DNA of 64,000 nucleotides from Gammaproteobacteria bacterium (lineage in GTDB: Bacteria > Pseudomonadota > Gammaproteobacteria > Eutrophobiales > Eutrophobiaceae), in NCBI GenBank assembly GCA_965221695.1, contig OZ244905.1, positions 992,001-1,056,000 of the forward strand. The letters are read 5' to 3'. How positions within the stretch are numbered: position 1 is the first letter of the stretch; each line of letters starts with the position of its first letter. Below are positions 9,772 through 19,350 of this stretch, piece after piece. The position numbers and the translations under genes were made by a program. Under the pieces are notes generated by a model, which did not search any database, was not told where the DNA came from, and saw nothing but the letters and a program-made list of their open reading frames with translations.

Positions 9772-10638
9772 ATGATGAATTCAAACAATCCGGCTGCGCG
9801 CCTTGTAAATCTGCTGCGCCGCATTAAATTCAGCACGCGCCGCCCGGAACAGAACCGGGCTGCGCCGCTGCTGCGCTGGCGCAGCAGCGGCGCAGCTTCC
9901 TGCCTGGAACCAATCAGACATTCACGGGAAATCAAGCTGGAAGATTTGCTCTGTATAGAAAGACAGAAAACTGCGCTGCAATTGAATACTGAGCAGTTCA
10001 TCAACGATTACCCCGCCAATAATGCGCTGTTATGGGGACCGCGTGGCACCGGTAAATCCTCTCTGGTGAAAGCGGTATTCAACGAGTATCGGGACCAGGG
10101 ACTGCGCCTGGTAGAGGTCACGCGAGACAACCTGACCTACCTGCATGACATCTGTGACGAGTTGAGCCGTTTCACGGGCAAATTCATTATCTTTTGCGAC
10201 GACTTGTCTTTTGAGCAGAATGACCCCAGTTATAAGGCGCTCAAAGCGCTGCTGGACGGTTCTGTGAGTGATATTCCGGAGAACATCCTCATCTATGCCA
10301 CTTCCAATCGTCGCCACCTGCTGCCGGAATACAGATCGGAAAATCTGGAAGCCAGCAATATTGACGGGGAAATCCACCATGGCGAAGCGGTGGAAGAGAA
10401 ACTTTCCTTATCGGAACGCTTCGGCATCTGGCTGTCATTTCATCCGTTCAACCAGGAACAATACCTGCAGATTGCATTCCACTGGCTGGAGAAGACGGGC
10501 ATAACCCTCAATGATATGGGGCAGGTCAGGCAGGCAGCGCTACAATGGGCGCTGGAAAAAGGCGCCCGCAGCGGCAGAAGCGCGGCGCAGTTTGCGCGCG
10601 ACTGGGCGGGCAAAACATTATTATCCGAAAAGCGCTGA
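9772..10638 (+). CDS. DUF815 family AAA+ ATPase
   Basis: PANNALLWGPRGTGKSS, FCDDLSFE, YATSNRRHL, SLSERFG, RSGRSA. Confidence 0.93.
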   Translation: MMNSNNPAARLVNLLRRIKFSTRRPEQNRAAPLLRWRSSGAASCLEPIRHSREIKLEDLLCIERQKTALQLNTEQFINDYPANNALLWGPRGTGKSSLVKAVFNEYRDQGLRLVEVTRDNLTYLHDICDELSRFTGKFIIFCDDLSFEQNDPSYKALKALLDGSVSDIPENILIYATSNRRHLLPEYRSENLEASNIDGEIHHGEAVEEKLSLSERFGIWLSFHPFNQEQYLQIAFHWLEKTGITLNDMGQVRQAALQWALEKGARSGRSAAQFARDWAGKTLLSEKR

Positions 10639-10698
10639 TTTGATAAATTGGACGAGTCAACCCAAGGCTTCCCATGACTTGCTTCAGAGCTTGTCTAA
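10634..10698. repeat. Degenerate MITE end between convergent genes
   Basis: ATGACTTGCTTCAGAGCTTGTCTAA resembles the MITE right end GGACTTGTTCAGAGCTTCCTTAA. Confidence 0.4.
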
Positions 10699-10727
10699 AT
10701 CATACAAAACGTACAGATTACTGTTGC

Positions 10728-11513
10728 CTAACGGGTTTCTATTAAACTGACCTGGATGAGCAGACCGAACAGGGGATGATCGAAATAATTGATTTCCTCC
10801 GGTTTTATCCTTCTGCTTTGCGTTAGTCTGACGTAGTCGACGGACTCGTACTTTGCGGCTTGTTCCGGCGTTGCCAGGTCGGGTTGCTTCAACGACACGG
10901 GGAAATAGGCAAAATCCACGTCCAGGTGCAGGAAACGGGACTTGCGTAATCGAACAATGCCGTCGAAAACCTTCACCGGCGGCATGTATTCCGATCCATT
11001 AACTGCGTCTGCAGGCTTTGCCGCGCCACGCTGTTTGGCAGTTATTCTCTCCAGCCGGGCGCTATCCAGACGCACTGCTCTCACATTCCTTCTATCAAGC
11101 CCGGGCTGCTGCCAGGCAACATGCAGCAAAGGCCGGTAGTTTGTGGACGATGCCAGAGTCCGCCTGACGCCTTCCAGTCGGTAATCCTGTTTCGGCAAAG
11201 CAAGGTATGGCGCCAGATTGTCTGCCTCCGGTACCGGGTTCTCTAAATCTGATTTACCGGAAGCATTGCTCGCTACTGAATCGGCGCTTTCCATAAGCAA
11301 TCCTATGGTTTGCACGGGCGACGGCAATCCGGGGTTTTCATACCACAATTCGCCGCCGGCATCGGGTTCGGTATATTCAAACAGGACCACTTCCACCTGA
11401 TACCAGTCTTCGGCAAGCGCCAAAGCAGAGAATGTCATCTGCGCGCAAAACAGCACAGCGGTTGACAAACCGGCCGCTAATGAAATTGTTGGCGCATCGA
11501 CTCTGCTCAACAT
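10728..11513 (-). CDS. CsiV-family peptidoglycan-binding periplasmic protein
   Basis: Signal peptide, WYQVEVVLF, LLHVAWQQP, YFDHPLFGLLI; downstream of mfd as usual. Confidence 0.88.
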   Translation of the reverse strand: MLSRVDAPTISLAAGLSTAVLFCAQMTFSALALAEDWYQVEVVLFEYTEPDAGGELWYENPGLPSPVQTIGLLMESADSVASNASGKSDLENPVPEADNLAPYLALPKQDYRLEGVRRTLASSTNYRPLLHVAWQQPGLDRRNVRAVRLDSARLERITAKQRGAAKPADAVNGSEYMPPVKVFDGIVRLRKSRFLHLDVDFAYFPVSLKQPDLATPEQAAKYESVDYVRLTQSRRIKPEEINYFDHPLFGLLIQVSLIETR

Positions 11514-11517
11514 CTAT

Positions 11518-11676
11518 TTAGGAGACCTTTGATTTAGTCAGTAGCTCCAACGGTACAGGGATGTGCCGGCAAAATCAATGACTTTATGTTATTGATTTTA
11601 TAAGTAAAACAAAAATCACATTTTTATCTTACGCACTCTGACAAGCGCTGGATGGACTTGTTCAGAGCTTCCTTAA
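11518..11676. mobile_element. Longest (~160 bp) MITE copy with IS5-family-like ends
   Basis: Left TTAGGAGACCTTTGATTTAGTC, right GACTTGTTCAGAGCTTCCTTAA; internal GGTACAGGGATGTGCC palindrome and AT-rich core; no transposase. Confidence 0.7.
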
Positions 11677-11753
11677 CTCTTCACAACTACTGAATCATCG
11701 CACCGGAAACGTGTTCCGTGTGGGATAAACATGTCGCAAAAACTGATTGTGGC

Positions 11754-11782
11754 TTGCAATGCCTGATCCGGTGTGCCATAGT
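11754..11782 (+). promoter_or_regulatory. Putative sigma70 promoter of the DUF1640 gene
   Basis: TTGCAA-N17-CATAGT with TG extension; RBS GGAGG at 11886-11890. Confidence 0.45.
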
Positions 11783-11896
11783 TCTGTCCTACAGCGATTA
11801 TTTTGTCTCACATCGCTGGAATTATTATGGACCCGGTGAACTATCCAGACCACGCTGTGAGGTCTGGCTATTTGCCACTCACCTTGGAGGACGCTA

Positions 11897-12574
11897 ATGA
11901 CAGCAGCGAACCCAACAACATCTGACCGGCCTAAGCCAGTCACTTTTGACACACTGCAAGCCGTCCAGAGCCTGCGTGGCGCCGGCTTCGACAATGTGCA
12001 GGCAGAAGGTATCGTGACAACCCTCAGCAGCGCCGTAAGTCAGACCGTCGCCACAAAAACTGACTTACTGATCGTGCATAAGGATATGGATATCCTAAGC
12101 AATGATGTGGGTACCCTGAGCAAAGATATGGGCGCCCTGCGTAAAGATGTGGATGTTCTACGTAAAGATGTGGATGTCCTGCGTAAAGATGTGGATGTCC
12201 TGCGTAAAGATGTGGATGTTCTGCGCAAAGATGTGGATGTCCTGCGTAAAGATGTGGATGTTCTGCGCAAAGATGTGGATGTCCTGCGCAAAGATGTGGT
12301 TGCCCTGCGCAAAGATGTGGTTGCCCTGCGCAAAGATGTGGATGTCCTGCGCAAAGATGTGGATGTCCTGCGCAAAGATGTGGTTGCCCTGCGCAAAGAT
12401 ATCGTTGCTATGCGTAGAGATATGGATAGTTTGCGCATCAACATACAAAAAGATATGGATCGGTTGCACGACAAGATAGTGATAAAGCTGGGCGCGCTGA
12501 TGGTGACGATGACATTTATAATATTAGGAATTGCCCCGATTTATCTCAGGTGGATAAATTCACTGTTGAGTTGA
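11897..12574 (+). CDS. DUF1640/CCDC90-family coiled-coil membrane-anchored protein
   Basis: FDTLQAVQSLRGAGFDNVQAEGIV head, VATKTDL neck, heptad stalk, C-terminal hydrophobic helix IKLGALMVTMTFIILGI. Confidence 0.85.
   Translation: MTAANPTTSDRPKPVTFDTLQAVQSLRGAGFDNVQAEGIVTTLSSAVSQTVATKTDLLIVHKDMDILSNDVGTLSKDMGALRKDVDVLRKDVDVLRKDVDVLRKDVDVLRKDVDVLRKDVDVLRKDVDVLRKDVVALRKDVVALRKDVDVLRKDVDVLRKDVVALRKDIVAMRRDMDSLRINIQKDMDRLHDKIVIKLGALMVTMTFIILGIAPIYLRWINSLLS
12137..12409 (+). repeat. In-frame 21-bp tandem repeat, 13 units
   Basis: CTGCG(T/C)AAAGATGTGG(A/T)TG(T/C)(C/T) units encoding LRKDVDV or LRKDVVA, plus degenerate flanking heptads. Confidence 0.95.
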
Positions 12575-12641
12575 TACCGCACACAAGGCGACCACATGGA
12601 TAATCACGATGAAGGGAAGTAATTTGCCTGCGCAATGCAGG

Positions 12642-15600
12642 TCAGCGCAGTTTCTCCAGGAATGTCTCGAGGAAGCGAAAGCGAGCGTCAACATCCGCGA
12701 ACTCCCGGTTTATTCTTAGCTTGTTACTCCCTTCGAGTTTATAGAGATGGGGATTGGCCTGCAGCAGATTAATCAACTTCGCCCTGTCGAAATCTGCGTT
12801 TTCATCAAAGTGAATTCTGCCTCCCTTATCTCCCAGGTCAATTTTACGGATGCCAAGGGGATGCGTCTGCTGCTTAAGGCCGGCAATACGGAACAGGTTT
12901 TTCAACGCATCCGGCAACAGCCCGAACCGGTCTATACATTCCTCTTGCAAGTCCCATAATGTGCGCTCCTCTGCCGCGCCGGCTATACGTTTGTACATCA
13001 CCAGCCTTGTATGAACGTCTGGCAGGTAGTCTGCAGGTATCAATGCAGGAACACTCAAATCCACTTCTGCGCCATGATCCAAGGCGCGATCCAGCTCTGG
13101 CTGTTGTCCGGCTTTCAGGGAAGCAACCGCCCGCTCCAGCAGATTCATGTACAAGCCGAAGCCTATCTCCTGAATTTGTCCGCTTTGCTCATCGCCCAGA
13201 ATCTCGCCGGCCCCGCGAATTTCCATGTCGTGGGTCGCCAGGGTAAACCCCATGCCCAACTCCTCAAGCGCGCCAATCGCTTCAAAGCGCTTTGCCGCCG
13301 TGTCGCTGACGGTTCCGGCATCTGGTCTGATCAGGTAGGCATAGGCGCGATGATGGGAACGCCCGACTCTGCCACGCAGTTGATATAACTGCGCCAGACC
13401 GAATTTATCAGCACGGTTGATGATGATGGTGTTGGCGCTAGGCACATCGATGCCAGTCTCGATAATTGTTGTACAGACCAGGATATTGAACCTGAGATGA
13501 TAGAAATCCAACATTACCTGTTCAAGTTGCTTTTCCGGCATCTGTCCGTGGGCTATGCGGAGCTTTGCCTCCGGCGCCAGTTTCCCGACTTCCACTGCGA
13601 CCTTCTCAATACTGTTAATCTCATTATGCACGAAATAAACCTGTCCGCCTCGCTTGATCTCTCGCAGCATTGCCTCGATCAGCCATGTTTCGTCCCATTC
13701 CCTGATAAAGATTTTGATCGGCAGTCGTTTTGACGGCGGCGTGGCGATGATGGACATGGAGCGCAAATCCGATAAAGCCAGATTGAGGGTGCGCGGGATA
13801 GGTGTGGCGGTAAGTGTCAATACATCCACCTGGGAGCGCAAGGACTTGAGCTTTTCCTTTTGTCTCACCCCGAAGCGGTGTTCCTCATCAATAATGACCA
13901 GGCCGAGTTTGGCAAAGCCGATATTGTCCTGCAACAATTTGTGTGTGCCGATAACGATGTCAATTTTGCCGGCGCGCAGATCATCACAAATCCCAGTCTG
14001 GTCTTTCCTGGAAACAAACCGTGACAGCGCTTCTATGCGTACCGGCCAATCCGCAAACCGATCCCTGAAGTTCCGGTAATGCTGCTGTACCAGCAATGTG
14101 GTAGGAGCCAGCATAACCACTTGTTTATTGTTTTCCACTGCAACGAACGCTGCCCGCATTGCCACCTCAGTCTTGCCGAACCCCGAATCACCACATACTA
14201 GCCGATCCATGGGGGTTGCAGCGCGCATATCATCAAGAACGCCGGCAATGGCTTCTGCCTGCCCCGGCGTTTCCTCGAACGGGAACTCCTGGGCAAACGC
14301 CTGGTAAGCATTATTGTCAACGCCGAACGCGAAACCCCGCGACGCGGCCCTGCGGGCGTGCTGTTCCAGCAATTCCGCGGCCACGTCATACACTCTTTTC
14401 AGGGCCTTACGCTTTGCTTTCATCCAGTGACCACTACCCAGACGGTGTAGTGGTGCGTGTTCCGCATCCATGCCCACAAAGCGGCTGATCAAGTTCAGCG
14501 ATGTGACCGGCACATACAACTTGTCGCCCTGGTCATATTCCAGACAAAGAAACTCTGCCTCGATCTCGTGGACTGTCAATGTCAGCAGGCCACGGTAACG
14601 GCCCACACCGTGTTCCTCATGGACAACCGGGGCGCCGATGGACAACTCAGTCAGGTTGCTGATCACCGAGTCAGCAAGTTGCCGGCGTTTTTTACGCAGG
14701 CGGCGTTGTTGAGCCCGCTCGCCAAACAACTGGGCTTCGCTTATCAGGATAATATCAGGACGTTCCAACTGCGCCCCCTGCTCCAGCGGCGCCACAGTCA
14801 AACCAAAACGCGTTTCCTGCGTCAGAAAATCTTCCCAACCTGTGTAAACGAACGGTCTGGTTTTTTCCTTATTGAACAACTCTATGACCGTTTCCCTACG
14901 CCCCACTGACTCCACCACGATCAATACACGTCCGGCAAACTCCTCCATGAAGCGGCGGAATACTGCCAGCGGGTCCTGAGAACGCGCATTGACGGGATAT
15001 TTTCTTGGAGCGATGGCGAGGAACCGGATAGTTTTGGAGACATCGACTTCTACGCTGGTATGACCGACATGAACCTGACTGTATATATTCAGCAGGTTGA
15101 ATATCTCATCGGCTTGGTAGAATATTTCATCCGGCGCCAACAAAGGATGCTCGCGGTCATTTTTTCCCTGCTCATAGCGAGAAGCCGCCATTTCCTGAAA
15201 TTTTAGCGCGGCAGCGCCAACGCCTTCGTCCAGTATGACAGTGGTTTGTTCCGGAAGATAGTCGTTCAAGCTGCTGGTATGGGAATAGAATAACGGCAGA
15301 TAGTACTCAATCCCTGCCGGCGCAATGCCATTGCTGACATCGGTGTAAATTGGGCTGCTGCCGGGATTCCCGGAAAACCGCAGACGCCAATTGCTCCGAA
15401 ACTGATCGATAGCCGACGGGGTAAGTGGGACTTCCCTGGCGGGTAGTATCCTGATCTCGCCAATTTGCTCCAGGGAACGTTGGGTTTCAATATCGAAAAT
15501 CCGTATACTGTCAATCTCGTTATCGAACAGGTCAAGACGGAAGGGGGTTGCGGAACCCATGGGAAAAATATCGATAATCGAACCTCTTACGGCCACATCG

Positions 15601-16094
15601 CCATGCTCCATGACCTGGGACACACTGCGATAACCGTTATTGTTCAGTTCCTGCCTGAAATCGTCCATTTCCAGAGTCTGGCCTGAGCGTAACAAGAGAC
15701 TGTGCGAGAAAAGATACTGTGCCGGCAATAGGCGATACATTAAAGTGGAAATCGGCGCAACAAGAATGCCCTGACGCAGGTCGCGCAGTTCCAACAACGT
15801 AGCCAAGCGGTCGGAAACGATATCCTGGTAGGGGGAAAACCGATCATAGGGCAAGGTCTCCCAGTCCGGGAATAGCAGCAACCTCTGTCCGGACCGGGAT
15901 GAATCGAAGAAGGCCAGTTCTTCCATGAGCCGGTAGGCGCCAGACTGGTCCGCAGTAATCACCACAAATAACGATGCAGTTTTCTTTGCAGCAGAGGAGA
16001 TAGCAAGCGCTTTGCTGCACCCGGGCAGTCGCTCCCACTTGACCCGTTCTCCCTTTGATGCGGGAACTTCAGGATGCAGGGGACTTATGAGCAT
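12642..16094 (-). CDS. mfd: Transcription-repair coupling factor
   Basis: FPDWETLPYD, RGSIIDIFP, CGDSGFGKTEVA, DEEHRFGV, TATPIPRT, QLRGRVGRS. Confidence 0.98.
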   Translation of the reverse strand: MLISPLHPEVPASKGERVKWERLPGCSKALAISSAAKKTASLFVVITADQSGAYRLMEELAFFDSSRSGQRLLLFPDWETLPYDRFSPYQDIVSDRLATLLELRDLRQGILVAPISTLMYRLLPAQYLFSHSLLLRSGQTLEMDDFRQELNNNGYRSVSQVMEHGDVAVRGSIIDIFPMGSATPFRLDLFDNEIDSIRIFDIETQRSLEQIGEIRILPAREVPLTPSAIDQFRSNWRLRFSGNPGSSPIYTDVSNGIAPAGIEYYLPLFYSHTSSLNDYLPEQTTVILDEGVGAAALKFQEMAASRYEQGKNDREHPLLAPDEIFYQADEIFNLLNIYSQVHVGHTSVEVDVSKTIRFLAIAPRKYPVNARSQDPLAVFRRFMEEFAGRVLIVVESVGRRETVIELFNKEKTRPFVYTGWEDFLTQETRFGLTVAPLEQGAQLERPDIILISEAQLFGERAQQRRLRKKRRQLADSVISNLTELSIGAPVVHEEHGVGRYRGLLTLTVHEIEAEFLCLEYDQGDKLYVPVTSLNLISRFVGMDAEHAPLHRLGSGHWMKAKRKALKRVYDVAAELLEQHARRAASRGFAFGVDNNAYQAFAQEFPFEETPGQAEAIAGVLDDMRAATPMDRLVCGDSGFGKTEVAMRAAFVAVENNKQVVMLAPTTLLVQQHYRNFRDRFADWPVRIEALSRFVSRKDQTGICDDLRAGKIDIVIGTHKLLQDNIGFAKLGLVIIDEEHRFGVRQKEKLKSLRSQVDVLTLTATPIPRTLNLALSDLRSMSIIATPPSKRLPIKIFIREWDETWLIEAMLREIKRGGQVYFVHNEINSIEKVAVEVGKLAPEAKLRIAHGQMPEKQLEQVMLDFYHLRFNILVCTTIIETGIDVPSANTIIINRADKFGLAQLYQLRGRVGRSHHRAYAYLIRPDAGTVSDTAAKRFEAIGALEELGMGFTLATHDMEIRGAGEILGDEQSGQIQEIGFGLYMNLLERAVASLKAGQQPELDRALDHGAEVDLSVPALIPADYLPDVHTRLVMYKRIAGAAEERTLWDLQEECIDRFGLLPDALKNLFRIAGLKQQTHPLGIRKIDLGDKGGRIHFDENADFDRAKLINLLQANPHLYKLEGSNKLRINREFADVDARFRFLETFLEKLR

Positions 16095-16203
16095 ATATAT
16101 CGCAAATTAATGCAGAACTTTTCAGGTTAAATTGGAGCGTTTGTTACAATTTCGGCACAAGCGGAAATGGCATGAAGGAGCTTTCTGCGAATGCGCTACA
16201 AAA

Positions 16204-16292
16204 TCACTCCCATAAATGCGGGAGTCCAGTCAAATACCGTGCCGCCCGCAGAGCCTGTCCCCGTGAAAACGGGGCGTTGCGCGGGAATGGCA
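16204..16292. repeat. Degenerate REP-like pair (CATTCCCGCG..GCGGGAATCCAG family)
   Basis: TCACTCCCATAAATGCGGGAGTCCAG ... CCCCGTGAAAACGGGG ... GCGCGGGAATGGC. Confidence 0.55.
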
Positions 16293-16323
16293 CAAAACAT
16301 AGGTGCGAGCACACCTATACAAA

Positions 16324-16608
16324 CTAATCTGCGTCATCTGCGGACTTATCCTGCTCGCCCCGCTGAAATCTCTTCAGTTCTCTGGTGAGACCTGCCTTAT
16401 CGTGCTTAAGTCTCAACCACTTAGGCAATCCCGCCACAACGCCAAGCAGCGCGCCGCACAGCAGACTAATGGCCAGCGCCAACGATAAAGGGATTTCAAA
16501 GTTGGCGAGATAGAAATCAATGACAACTAGTTGCTCGTTACGAATATGAAATGCCAATCCCAGCAAGATAACAATCAGGACCAGCGCAAATTTAACGTAG
16601 AAGATCAA
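16324..16608 (-). CDS. lapA: Lipopolysaccharide assembly protein A family
   Basis: Two TM segments, NEQLVVIDFY, PLS..GALLG, basic coiled tail; follows ihfB; start uncertain. Confidence 0.8.
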   Translation of the reverse strand: MIFYVKFALVLIVILLGLAFHIRNEQLVVIDFYLANFEIPLSLALAISLLCGALLGVVAGLPKWLRLKHDKAGLTRELKRFQRGEQDKSADDAD

Positions 16609-16615
16609 AAAGGAG

Positions 16616-16897
16616 TCAACTCCGGTCAACCCGCTCCCGCATCTGCTTTCCCGGTTTGAAATAAGGAACGTACTTGGCCGACAATGAAACTGCCTCCCCG
16701 GATTTGGGATTGCGGCCTATGCGCGGCGGCCGATAATGAAGAGAAAAGCTGCCGAAACCGCGGATTTCAATCCTTTCCCCTGTTGCCAGGCTCTGTGCCA
16801 TAGCTTCGAGTATAGTTTTGACTGCTGACTCGATATCTTTGGATGTAAATTGTGGCTGTCGAACGCATAAAGCCTCGATCAGTTCAGATTTGGTCAT
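16616..16897 (-). CDS. ihfB: Integration host factor beta subunit
   Basis: [30 protein letters not shown]. Confidence 0.97.
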   Translation of the reverse strand: MTKSELIEALCVRQPQFTSKDIESAVKTILEAMAQSLATGERIEIRGFGSFSLHYRPPRIGRNPKSGEAVSLSAKYVPYFKPGKQMRERVDRS

Positions 16898-16926
16898 TGT
16901 TTAATATCGTATCGTTTACGCGGATA

Positions 16927-18609
16927 TCAGCCGTTGCCTCCGCTGTCAAGATGTTTTTTCAATAAATCGCCCAACTTCGCTCCCGATGAAGTATCCGGAG
17001 TATACTCTTTGATGGCGGCAGATTCCTCATCGGACTCCTTGGCCTTGACAGAGACTGAAATTGTCCGTTTCTTCCTGTCGACAGCAGTGATTTTGACTTC
17101 TATTTCATCACCCTCCTTCAAGCCGCTACTCTTTGCATCCCTGGCCTTGTTTTCCCCGGATAACTCGGAGAGCTTCAACTGTGCTTCAACTCCCTGCGCC
17201 AGTTCTACAACGATATGCCTGGTTTCCATAGCTGCGACCTTGCCGGTAACTATTCTGCCCTTGGGGTTTTCCGCGACATAAGCCGTGAACGGATCTCTTT
17301 CCAACTGCTTTATTCCTAAGGAAATGCGCTCCCGCTCAGTATCCACGGCAAGCACGACTGTTTCTATCTGGGCGCCCTTTTTATAATTTCGCAACGCCTG
17401 CTCGCCCTCGTCCACCCAGGAAACGTCAGACAAATGCACCAAGCCATCAATGCCGCCGGGCAACCCGATAAATATGCCGAAATCGGTGATTGATTTAATT
17501 TGGCCGCTAACCCTGTCTCCCTTATTATGCAATGCGGCAAACTCTTCCCAGGGGTTGGGTTGGCATTGTTTCATGCCCAGTGAAATACGCCGTCGTTCCT
17601 GGTCTATATCAAGGACAATGACGTCAACCACATCACCTGTCTGCACAAGTTTCGAGGGATGGATATTCTTATTTGTCCAATCCATTTCTGATACATGTAC
17701 CAGTCCCTCAACACCTTCCTCCACTTCAACAAAACAACCGTAATCGGCCAGATTGGTTACGGAGCCGCGCAGGCGCGAGCCTTCCGGAAAGCGTTTGGTT
17801 AGATCCCCCCAAGGATCTTCTCCCATCTGTTTCAGGCCCAGCGAAACCCGACTGCGCTCGCGGTCGAACTTCAAGACCTTAACATCAATCTCATCACCGA
17901 TATTGACCACATCTGACGGATCTTTGACCCGTTTCCATGCCATGTCAGTAATATGTAACAACCCATCGATACCTCCGAGATCCAGAAATGCGCCGTACTC
18001 CGTCAGGTTCTTGACCACGCCTTTTACTGTTACTCCTTCCTTCAGCCTGTCTATCAGGCTTTGCCGCTCGGCAATATTCTCACTCTCCACCACAGCCCTG
18101 CGGGACACCACAACGTTACTGCGTTTTCGGTCGATCTTTATGACCTTGAAATCAAGCGGCTTGCCTTCCAAGTACACTGTATCCTTGACCGGGCGAACAT
18201 CCACGAGCGAACCCGGCAAAAATGCCCGGATCCCTTCAACTTCAACGGTAAATCCACCTTTCACCCTCTCGGTGATCACACCGGTTACTGTTTCATCCTT
18301 GTCGTGGGCCTGCTCCAGACTGTTCCATGCCAGTAGTCGTTTGGCTTTCTCTCTCGATAAACGGGTTTCGCCATAGCCGTCTTCTATCGCATCCAGCGCC
18401 ACTTCAACCTCATCACCGACGGCGACCTCCAGATCACCTTGTTCGTTATAAAATTGATCGATGGGTATCCAGGATTCAGATTTCAAACCGGCGCTGACAA
18501 TTACATTGTCCTGATAAACATCGACAACAACCCCGTTAAGAATAGCGCCAAGCTGCATTTTTGCTTCTATTTGGCTCTGTTCGAATAATTCAGCAAAAGT
18601 TTCAGTCAT
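16927..18609 (-). CDS. rpsA: 30S ribosomal protein S1
   Basis: Repeated S1 domains ([31 protein letters not shown]). Confidence 0.98.
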   Translation of the reverse strand: MTETFAELFEQSQIEAKMQLGAILNGVVVDVYQDNVIVSAGLKSESWIPIDQFYNEQGDLEVAVGDEVEVALDAIEDGYGETRLSREKAKRLLAWNSLEQAHDKDETVTGVITERVKGGFTVEVEGIRAFLPGSLVDVRPVKDTVYLEGKPLDFKVIKIDRKRSNVVVSRRAVVESENIAERQSLIDRLKEGVTVKGVVKNLTEYGAFLDLGGIDGLLHITDMAWKRVKDPSDVVNIGDEIDVKVLKFDRERSRVSLGLKQMGEDPWGDLTKRFPEGSRLRGSVTNLADYGCFVEVEEGVEGLVHVSEMDWTNKNIHPSKLVQTGDVVDVIVLDIDQERRRISLGMKQCQPNPWEEFAALHNKGDRVSGQIKSITDFGIFIGLPGGIDGLVHLSDVSWVDEGEQALRNYKKGAQIETVVLAVDTERERISLGIKQLERDPFTAYVAENPKGRIVTGKVAAMETRHIVVELAQGVEAQLKLSELSGENKARDAKSSGLKEGDEIEVKITAVDRKKRTISVSVKAKESDEESAAIKEYTPDTSSGAKLGDLLKKHLDSGGNG

Positions 18610-18642
18610 ATAATAGTTTTTCTCTCGTTTTAAAGCGATACA

Positions 18643-19350
18643 TTATGCATATGCGGTTGATAAATCGAAACGTTTTCTGATTATCTCTGCAACCTGCTTG
18701 AACACATCATCTCTGTCACTGTCAGAGGTGTCAATCTCCAGCGCGCCGTTTGCCGGCCGCAAAGGAGAGAGAATGCGCTGCGTATCCCGTTTGTCTCGTT
18801 CAGCGATAGATTCTACAAGATCTTCAAACCTAACATTAATCCCTTTTTCTTTCAACTGTTTATATCGTCTTTTTGCGCGCTCTTGCGGATTCGCCGTTAA
18901 AAACAGCTTTAATTCTGCCTGCGGGAATACTACGGAGCCCATATCGCGCCCGTCTGCCACCAGACCGGGCGCCTGCTGAAAACTGCGTTGCCATTCCAGT
19001 ATAGCTTCACGCACTGTGCCATGCGCGGCCAGGCTCGAAGCCGCGCTACCGCAATCCTCGCTTCGGATCAGGTCACCAACATCCTTGCCATCCAAGATTA
19101 CCGTTACTGGCTCGTCCGCTTCTGCGGCTATAAACTGAACCTCCGGCAAACGCTCCAGCGTGAATCCCGCCACCCGATTGGCTTCGCTAACGGGAATATT
19201 TTTCCGTTGTGCCAACAAGGCCAGGATGCGATACAACGCACCGCTGTCCAGCAGGCGCCAATCGAGCCAGCGACTGATACGGCTACACAACGCGCCTTTG
19301 CCGGCCCCGCTCGGGCCATCCACAGCGATAACAGGGATATCAGGCCGCAT
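18643..19350 (-). CDS. cmk: Cytidylate kinase
   Basis: DGPSGAGKG, LDSGALYR, ADGRDMGSVVFP. Confidence 0.97.
   Translation of the reverse strand: MRPDIPVIAVDGPSGAGKGALCSRISRWLDWRLLDSGALYRILALLAQRKNIPVSEANRVAGFTLERLPEVQFIAAEADEPVTVILDGKDVGDLIRSEDCGSAASSLAAHGTVREAILEWQRSFQQAPGLVADGRDMGSVVFPQAELKLFLTANPQERAKRRYKQLKEKGINVRFEDLVESIAERDKRDTQRILSPLRPANGALEIDTSDSDRDDVFKQVAEIIRKRFDLSTAYA

Noticed and set aside
12137-12409. 21-bp array as CRISPR, or its overlapping ORFs as genes
   Set aside because: No spacers or cas genes; other frames are open only because the unit lacks stops.
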